A stretch of DNA of 21,486 nt. Origin: an uncultured bacterium (GTDB taxonomy: Bacteria > SAR324 > NAC60-12). Location: contig CBFIJD010000044.1 in the NCBI GenBank assembly GCA_965662845.1, positions 1 through 21,486 of the forward strand, read 5' to 3'. Below, one piece after another: positions 8,676-15,900 of the stretch (position 1 is the stretch's first letter; each line of letters begins with the position of its first letter). The notes beneath the pieces were generated by a model. The model was not told where the DNA came from and searched no databases. It saw only the letters and a list, made by a program, of their open reading frames with translations. The translations under genes and the position numbers were made by a program.

Positions 8676-10253
8676 TCAATTCTTGGAGGTCTTGTGCAGC
8701 ATCAAGAAGAAGGAGGGCTCCAAGCCGAAGTTTTGGACGGCAGCATTGGTTACTGCGTTCTGCTTCCAGTTTGCGACAAATACCCAAGGCGCGTCCTCTT
8801 GAACGATGGCCTGCATCATCCGATAGAGTTGTGCGCGCTCTTGTTGATCTGTCGAGGTCCGGGCGGCCTCAAGCAAGCGGTCTACTTCGGGATTCGAGTA
8901 GTAGCCGGAATTGAAACCACCCTTGTCGGGCCAAGCTTCCGTCCGCAACGCCAAATAGGGCAGCGTGTCGGGATCATTGGTCATCCATGCCATCTCGGCC
9001 ATGTCCGCTTTGCCTTCTAGGCCAGGATTCACTTTGCCCAAAAAGGTGTTCCACTCATAGGTCTCGATCTTCACATTCAAGCCGACTTTGGCCAAATCGG
9101 CCTGAATCGCCGCGCCCATTGGGATTGGGTCCAGCATTCCCGAGCCTCCTTCGGTGACATAGAACGTCAACTCTGCCCCTTCGGCGCCGGCTTCCTGGAT
9201 CAACTCCTGAGCTTTCTGCGGATTGTAGGGATAGGGTTCTAACCGCTCGTTGTAAGCCCAAGCAAAAGCGGGTGGAGTTGGTCCCGCAGCGATGGCTGCT
9301 GTGCCTTGCAGAACATTCTCAACCAGTGCCTTTTTATTGATTGCGTAGTTGGCTGCTTGGCGAACTCTCCTGTCCGCAAAAGGTCCTTCCTTGGCGTTGA
9401 GGATCAAAAACCAGACATGCGGTCCGGCCTGCTCATACAACTCATAATCGGGCTGTCCGGAGAATTGAGCTACGCTGTCGGGTGGGACTTCCACCATCAT
9501 GTCGATTCCTCCGGAGAGCATCTCGGCAACCCGGGTGTTGCTGTCGGTGATTGGACGAAACACGACAGCCTCCAATCCGGGGGGGCCGTCCCAATATTGA
9601 TCGTTGCGGACTACCACAACCTTGGCATTGCTCTCCCACTCGGCAAAGCGGAATGCGCCTGTTCCCGAGGGGTTGCGGCCAAAATCCTTGCCATGCTTTT
9701 CGACGGCTGCCGGAGAGACAATCAGGCCTGTGGGATAAGCCAGGTTGGAGAGAAAGGGAGCGTAGGGTTCCTTCAGTTGAAATCGCACAGTTCTGGAATC
9801 CACTGCGCTCACTTGATCCACCGCACTGAAGAAAAACGCCAGCGGGAAGGGGCCCGTGTTGTGATAAGGATGGTCTTCATCAAGCATCCGGTCGAAATTA
9901 AATTTGACTGCTTCCGCATTCAAATCGGAGCCATCATGGAATTTCACCCCGCCTCGCAACCGGAAGGTATAAGTCAGGCCGTCCTCGCTGATTGTCCAAG
10001 ACTCCGCCAGAGAGGGTTCCACATCCAAAGAGCCACTCCGATAGCGCACGAGGCCATCATAAACGTTCATCAGGATTCGGAAATCATTGACCGCAGTCAC
10101 TGCATGAGGATCCAGAGACTTCGGTTCAGCAATCTGCCCGACGACCAATACATTCGGTGGAGTTTGTGCCTGCAAACCACTCCCGACTACTAAAAGGCTG
10201 AACGCGAGAATCCAAGATAGGATTCTGCTTGCTTGTCTTGCATAACATTTCAT
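8676..10253 (-). CDS. ABC transporter substrate-binding protein, family 5 (DppA-like)
   Basis: Signal peptide, then SLDP, YDGLV, LAESW.ISEDGLTYTFRLR..VKFHDG, PSGTGAF and VRQAANYAIN. AGGAG lies 7 nt before ATG 10253 (alternative start GTG 10256). Confidence 0.95.
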   Translation of the reverse strand: MKCYARQASRILSWILAFSLLVVGSGLQAQTPPNVLVVGQIAEPKSLDPHAVTAVNDFRILMNVYDGLVRYRSGSLDVEPSLAESWTISEDGLTYTFRLRGGVKFHDGSDLNAEAVKFNFDRMLDEDHPYHNTGPFPLAFFFSAVDQVSAVDSRTVRFQLKEPYAPFLSNLAYPTGLIVSPAAVEKHGKDFGRNPSGTGAFRFAEWESNAKVVVVRNDQYWDGPPGLEAVVFRPITDSNTRVAEMLSGGIDMMVEVPPDSVAQFSGQPDYELYEQAGPHVWFLILNAKEGPFADRRVRQAANYAINKKALVENVLQGTAAIAAGPTPPAFAWAYNERLEPYPYNPQKAQELIQEAGAEGAELTFYVTEGGSGMLDPIPMGAAIQADLAKVGLNVKIETYEWNTFLGKVNPGLEGKADMAEMAWMTNDPDTLPYLALRTEAWPDKGGFNSGYYSNPEVDRLLEAARTSTDQQERAQLYRMMQAIVQEDAPWVFVANWKQNAVTNAAVQNFGLEPSFFLMLHKTSKN

Positions 10254-10400
10254 CACTTCTCTCCTAAATTAGACTGAAGCCAATCAGCATCTGCTCTTCA
10301 TTCTTCCAATCATTTCTGCTCCGCCCAGAAAAAAAACATTTTTCCCAGAAAAAACCAGAATAGACATCATGACTGCTTGATTCTCTAGCAAAGAAACCCA

Positions 10401-10418
10401 AATTTATCATGATAAATT
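10401..10418. promoter_or_regulatory. Perfect 18-bp palindrome, probable operator of the divergent promoters
   Basis: AATTTATCATGATAAATT is its own reverse complement. It sits in the AT-rich divergent intergenic region of a cluster that encodes a FadR/GntR regulator. Confidence 0.7.
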
Positions 10419-10421
10419 CTT

Positions 10422-10449
10422 TTGCGCTACCAGAATCTCGTGCTAGGTT
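10422..10449 (+). promoter_or_regulatory. Candidate sigma70 promoter for the amidohydrolase
   Basis: TTGCGC-N16-TAGGTT with a TG extended -10 motif, directly next to the palindrome and about 50 nt before the ATG. Confidence 0.35.
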
Positions 10450-10499
10450 AAAAACCTCATCTGTCACTCCTCTCTCCCTACCTCTGTCAGGAGACGCTC

Positions 10500-11771
10500 A
10501 TGAACCAGCCTCCCTCAACTCTTGCCCTTCCCGCCGGGATGGAGATCAATCTTCCTCGCCTGCTGGCGGATTTGGACGAGTTGAACTCCATCGGGGCTAT
10601 TCCTGGAGTTGACGGGGTACAGCGCGTCAGTTTCTCCCCTGTTGATATGAAAGCTCGACACTGGTTGCAGCAAAAGATGAGAGAGTTGGGATTACGCAGT
10701 TGGCTTGACCCCGCAGGCAACGTACTGGGGCGCTGGGAAATTGGAAAAGGAGCCCCGCTCATGGTTGGTTCTCACCTTGATTCGGTCCCCAACGGTGGCC
10801 CTTTGGACGGAGCACTGGGCGTTTTAGCAGGCCTGGAGTGCTATCGCTGCCTCAAAGAAAATGGTTTTCAACCAGGCCGGCCCTTGGAGTTGATTGCCAC
10901 CAGTGAAGAGGAGGGACGCTTCGGTGGGATGCTCGGTTCACAAGCATTGACGGGGAATCTGGAGCCGCAATGGTTTGCCCAAGCCAAGGATGAAGGGGGA
11001 GTGTTATTGACCGATACTCTGGCCCAGGCCGGCCTTCCCTCGGAGCGAATCCACCAGGCTCGACGCTCCCCAGGAGACCCATGGGCTTTCTTGGAGTTGC
11101 ATGTCGAGCAGGGTCCGGTCCTCGAACAGGCAGGTCTACCCGTTGGGATTGTCGAGGGGATTGCGGGCGTGTTTCACTGGAACGTCGAGTTTCGGGGACA
11201 GGCCAATCACGCGGGCACAACCCCAATGGGATTACGGCGGGACGCACTTCGAGCGCTGGCGACCTTCATTCATCGCACCCCAGAGTGGCTGAATGCTGCG
11301 GGGAGCGATAGCCGCCTGACTGTCGGGAAGGTCGAGGTCTCCCCCAATTTTCCTCACACGGTCCCAGGACTGGTTCGCTTCTCTGTGGTCGGCAAGGATG
11401 TCGATACAAACACGATGAAGCAATTGGCTCACCGCTGCCGAGGAGGAATTACGGAAGTGGCCTCTGAACATCAGGTTTCCTGGGCTTTGGAGGAGATCAG
11501 TTGGTTGGATTCCCAGCCTTGCGCTCCAGCGCTCATTTCTCTGCTAGAGCAGCTCACGGAAGAGTTACGCATCCCCTCAATGAAATTGCCCAGCGGTGCT
11601 GGACACGACACTCAATTCTTCGCTCAGCACACCCAAGCTGGGATGATCTTTGTGCCGAGTATCAAGGGCATCAGCCATGCGCCTGAAGAGGCTACCGAAG
11701 CCAGAGACATCGCCTTGGGAGGAAAACTCCTGCTTCACGCAGTCGCAGCCTTGCTGAACAAAAGCTGCTAG
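10500..11771 (+). CDS. Zn-dependent amidohydrolase, M20 family (allantoate amidohydrolase / N-carbamoyl-amino-acid hydrolase-like)
   Basis: GSHLDSVPNGG..DGALGV, EEEGRFG, ELHVEQGPVLE, HAGTTPM, SGAGHD and SHAPEE. AGGAG RBS. Confidence 0.93.
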   Translation: MNQPPSTLALPAGMEINLPRLLADLDELNSIGAIPGVDGVQRVSFSPVDMKARHWLQQKMRELGLRSWLDPAGNVLGRWEIGKGAPLMVGSHLDSVPNGGPLDGALGVLAGLECYRCLKENGFQPGRPLELIATSEEEGRFGGMLGSQALTGNLEPQWFAQAKDEGGVLLTDTLAQAGLPSERIHQARRSPGDPWAFLELHVEQGPVLEQAGLPVGIVEGIAGVFHWNVEFRGQANHAGTTPMGLRRDALRALATFIHRTPEWLNAAGSDSRLTVGKVEVSPNFPHTVPGLVRFSVVGKDVDTNTMKQLAHRCRGGITEVASEHQVSWALEEISWLDSQPCAPALISLLEQLTEELRIPSMKLPSGAGHDTQFFAQHTQAGMIFVPSIKGISHAPEEATEARDIALGGKLLLHAVAALLNKSC

Positions 11772-12019
11772 CGCCTTCTTGAGGTGATGACTGCACTTTG
11801 AAGTTTCGGTGGGCTGTCGTGTTCCCATGGGGCGGGGTTGTTTTTGAGGTGTTGTCGGAGGCCGCGCCGTTCTCGTTCGTTGCCAATGACTGGTCCCCAA
11901 GCATTGCGTTGCGACAACTTGCGGTCAAAGCGTTGTCAGCCGCGCAAGGCAATCTCATCCACATATCTTTTTGTGGTCGTGGTTTTGGAGCGAAGCACCA
12001 CACCCGACTATGAAGAACC
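11768..12019 (-). pseudogene. Decayed 3' fragment of a REP-associated tyrosine transposase (RAYT, IS200/IS605-related Y1)
   Basis: Minus frame reads GSS*SGVVLRSKTTTTKRYVDEIALRG*QRFDRKLSQRNAWGPVIGNERERRGLRQHLKNNPAPWEHDS. This follows the RAYT C-terminal pattern VxxFKTxTTxxY...GWxxFDxKLWQRNYxEHIIRNE....IxxYIxxNPxxWxxD. Two in-frame stops; HUH half absent. Confidence 0.8.
11769..11845. repeat. Right copy of the 77-bp direct repeat
   Basis: 75/77 identical to 2453-2529. Both copies begin at the TAG stop of the preceding plus-strand gene. Confidence 0.92.
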
Positions 12020-12054
12020 GAGATCCGACGGGGGCGGTCAACACATCAGGCGAC

Positions 12055-12225
12055 TCACCGCTTGCGCATCCGCAGTTGTAGCCCCGGGTGGGCTTGGTTG
12101 ATCTGCTGAATCCAGCGCACAGCCAGCCTGCGTGTCAAGTACGTGGGCGCTGCAGCATACGGCTCCCACGCTTCTGTCGTCGGGTTCCACACCTCGATCC
12201 CATACAGGGGCTCCCGATATGACAA
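12055..12225 (-). CDS. Small hypothetical protein, paralogue C (56 aa)
   Basis: AAGGGGAGA RBS then TTG at 12225: MSYREPLYGIEVWNPTTEAWEPYAAAPTYLTRRLAVRWIQQINQAHPGLQLRMRKR. Aligns without gaps to the two neighbouring ORFs. Confidence 0.72.
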   Translation of the reverse strand: MSYREPLYGIEVWNPTTEAWEPYAAAPTYLTRRLAVRWIQQINQAHPGLQLRMRKR

Positions 12226-12313
12226 GTTTCTCCCCTTGCACAAGGCTAGCGCAACGCCGAAAAAAGCGCCTGAAGATACGCAACTCCCCACAAAAAACAA
12301 CCACATCTGACGC

Positions 12314-12487
12314 TTATAGCCGCACCACGCGAAAGTGCACGCTCGGATAGCGCAGGTTCAGATCCGTCATCGTCGCTTGCAGCTCGCCACGGCGCAGCGG
12401 CTCCGTCTGCTTCTCCGACTTCAACCACTCGCCTGTCATGCGGTCTTGTTCTTGGACCCAAAAGCGGGTCTCGACGCGCGCGCTCAT
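12314..12487 (-). CDS. Small hypothetical protein, paralogue B (57 aa; absent from ORF track)
   Basis: Hand-translated: MSARVETRFWVQEQDRMTGEWLKSEKQTEPLRRGELQATMTDLNLRYPSVHFRVVRL*. The ATG overlaps the stop of paralogue A (ATGA). Confidence 0.75.
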   Translation of the reverse strand: MSARVETRFWVQEQDRMTGEWLKSEKQTEPLRRGELQATMTDLNLRYPSVHFRVVRL

Positions 12488-12657
12488 GCGGCCTCCACAT
12501 GGCGAAAGCGGAACTGTCGTCCCGGCGCTTGCAGATTGAGTTCGCTGAGTTGTTGTTGCAGCTCAGAGCGGACCATCCGCGAGGGCAGCTCTCGCACAGG
12601 CGACCACACCGCTCTCCGGGCGTCCCACTCTTCTGCTTGATACCAAATCGCTTCCAT
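12484..12657 (-). CDS. Small hypothetical protein, paralogue A (57 aa)
   Basis: AGGAG RBS then ATG 12657: MEAIWYQAEEWDARRAVWSPVRELPSRMVRSELQQQLSELNLQAPGRQFRFRHVEAA. Confidence 0.75.
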   Translation of the reverse strand: MEAIWYQAEEWDARRAVWSPVRELPSRMVRSELQQQLSELNLQAPGRQFRFRHVEAA

Positions 12658-12850
12658 AGCTTTCTCCTGAGAATGAACCAAATGGGGGTGAGATCAGATA
12701 GCAGAACACAGGCCGCAAAAAACTTCAATGAATATTCAACGAATGTTTTTACGTGTTCCTGCACGAAGGATCGAGTCCGTGTCCGGCTGCTGTTGTGGAG
12801 GAGGTGTGGTTGTTCTGTGGCAGAGGCTTTCTGAAGGACTCTCAGGAGCA

Positions 12851-12887
12851 GGAGTGTGGCAGCCTACAAAAGGCGCGAAGGTAGGTC
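12851..12887. repeat. 37-bp direct repeat, copy 1
   Basis: ggagtgtggcagcctacaaaaggcgcgaaggtaggtc is 33/37 identical to 18047-18083. Confidence 0.85.
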
Positions 12888-12981
12888 GTCGCGATGAGCC
12901 GGAGAGCAATGGTCGCGAATCGTGGCTAGGGTCTACTTTTCAGTTGAGGGGTTGTAAATTTTCAGAACACATTTTTGGCTT

Positions 12982-15900
12982 TTATCTACTGTTTTTTCGA
13001 ATCTCTTTTACTAAGCCATTTGTTGTTTTGTGTTCTCTTAAGTCTCTCAATTGTATGTCAATTGCTGTGTCGTTGGCTTTGATGAAATATTTCATTTCAG
13101 AAATTCCAAAAACATTTACGCTGTCGTGCCCTGAAAAGTAACTGTTTTTTTCTATATAATTCCTATCGTTGAACAACACTTTCTCAATGTCGTTAGCTTT
13201 TAAAATTTTTGTGTTACCGAAGTTGGCCTTGTATGAATTTTTTATTTTGTTAATAAAATTATTTTCTTGGATCACTGAGTATGGGTGCAGAATAATTAGA
13301 AAGTCTTTTGCTCTACTGATAGCAACATTGTAAATATATTCTTTGGATAGCAATGCCTTTTCGTGGTTTGAGAAAAAATAATTGTTTGGATTACAAACAA
13401 AAAATACAATATCACACTCGTCACCTTGGAAGCCGTGAACCGTGTCAGACATCACTTTTAAGTTTTCAGAAATCCCATAAGAAGTTATCAACTTATTGAG
13501 TAACATTGCTTGTGCTTTATATGGCGCTATTAGACCAATTGTCCATTGCTCTCTTTCGTTTTCATTGTCAAAATATTGAATAATTTCGGAAACTAAAATC
13601 GCACTATAAATATGATATGAACTGTAAAATAACTTATTTAACTTGTAAATAGAATTATCATTACTTAACGGGATGTCTATAAAAGTCACATTTGATAATA
13701 TCAACTTACTAAATCTTTCGGGCAATTTCTTTGCTTTTTTTCCGTTCGTTGTTCTATCGTGTTCTAACAGGCTTGAATAGGAAAGTTCGCTAAAAAGTTG
13801 ACCGATTTCTGGTATACTGCGATATTGCTTATTTAGATTTTGAATCGTATCGATTTCTCTCTTACTGCGCTCCTGTTCTCTTGAATCGAAGCTTTCAAGA
13901 TTCATCATTTTGAAAAAATTTTCATCTTGAAAATCAAAATTTTCCAACTCTTTTTCGTCTATCTCAACAACAGGTGGAATCTGCTTTGGGTCCCCTGCAA
14001 CTATGAAATTCGTATTCGGATTCGTCTTAAATAATGCCATTACTGCAAAAACTATGTAATGCAACCCTATCATTGATGATTCATCAAAAATTACATAGTC
14101 CCACTTGTATTGAAATAAAAACCCAACTTCTTTAATCTCAAAATAAGGCAACCTATGAATTGTTGAAGCCACAACGTCAACGGTTCGCAAGTCATTATTG
14201 TCAAGCGTATCACGATAGATTTCATCTCCTTCCAAAGTTGGGTCTGTTGGACTACTCAAACGAATAGCGCGAACACTTGGATGAACACCTTTCAATTTTT
14301 TGCAAACCACATCTGCCGCCTTATTTGTTGGCGTAAGGACTAAAACCTTCGTATTAGAACTTTTAGCAAAAATACCACCTACTTCATTGCAAATTTCCGT
14401 TGTTTTACCCGTCCCTGGCGGCCCATAAATAAACTTTAAAGCAGGTGTTGCTTCTTGAATGTTATCCCATTCTTCAATGTGGTTAGCATTCGCAAATGCT
14501 TGACATAACCTGTCGAGCAAATCAATAACTGGAGTAAAGTTTATTTCAACTTTAATTATTCTTGAAAACTGGGAAATCGTATTGCCTGACAAGGGCTCTC
14601 GACAATAAATCAATAAATCCTGCCCTTTTTTAGATACACCTTCAACTGTTATAGTTTCTCTTTTTCTATTTCCAAATATGAGTGAGACCCTGAAATCATC
14701 AGCATTTTCAATTTCAGGCGAAATGTAGCTACTAGAACCGCAAAGTAGGAAGTATTTCTTATCGTCTTTATATAGTTTAATTTCTTGAAACGAAATTGAT
14801 TTTTGCTTTTGTATGTCTTGCTTTTCATTATATGTAGTAAGCAACTGCAAGTAAGATATAAACCACTCATAAGAGTACTTCATACTGTCTTTAATTTTTT
14901 CCGCTAAACCGTCTCTAGTTTTCTTTATTTCAAGTTGTTTTGTTAGTTCTACAATTCCCTTCGTAAGTTCTTCATGTTCGTCGAAGTCAGGTAATTTGTT
15001 TGTTTTTGCCTTTTCAGTTTTGGGATTTGAAACAGATTTTGAAAGGTTTTCTAAACTTTCAATCGCATCTTCTAAATCTTCTGAACCAACTTCTGTAGTT
15101 ATCTCTGACGTTTTTTGTTTCGCTTTTCGTTTTTCTTTTTCTCTTTTTTCTTCTAATGCTTTTTTTGCTTCTTCGGCTTCTTCTTCGCTTTCAAATTTAG
15201 AAGCAATTCTTTCGTTTTCGCTCAACACAACAGGCTTAAACCCTAATAAATGTTCTAATTCTGCGTTACTTTCGTAACCATCAGACAATTTATCTATAGT
15301 GATTTCACTTGGAGCGACAAATTTTCTTTTGTTCGATAATAGCCATTTACTTTCTTTTAAAATCTTCCCAAACTTTTCTGAGTATTGAGAGTTTTTTTTC
15401 GAGTTTTTATAATCTTGTCGGGTTGCACTTTCTATGGTTCCATGAATACAGCTACTTTGTTTTACGGCAATTTTGTTCCAGATAAATTTGCTATTATCGA
15501 AATTAACATTGCACAAAGCTTCTTCAAGACCATCTACAAGTATGTCCTTATCAAATCCATTTAATCCTCTTTGGTGACAACCATGGTCAGCAAAGTATAT
15601 TACATGATTTCCCAATTTTTTTGTGACTCTAACTGTCTCATTAACACCCAATTTCAAAAGAAACTCTTTCAAAATTTTTTGTTCTTTTTCTTCTTTGATA
15701 AAAGAGTAATAATCGTCAAGGTCAACAAATTTAGCATCTGGCTTTGATTCAAAATACTTTACTAATTCTGGAGTTGGATAATAGATCTCTTTAGCTATCC
15801 CACGATGAATCTTTTTGTCTTTATTTGTTTTGTAATAAACAAACTCTTTATCTTTTAACACTGAAATCAGTTCTTCTGGTCGTCCTTTGTTTTTCCAATA

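Noticed and set aside
12246..12834. ORFs 12246-12764 (-), 12335-12640 (+) and 12499-12834 (+)
   Set aside because: They overlap the three mutually homologous small genes, which have better RBS, coupling and homology support.
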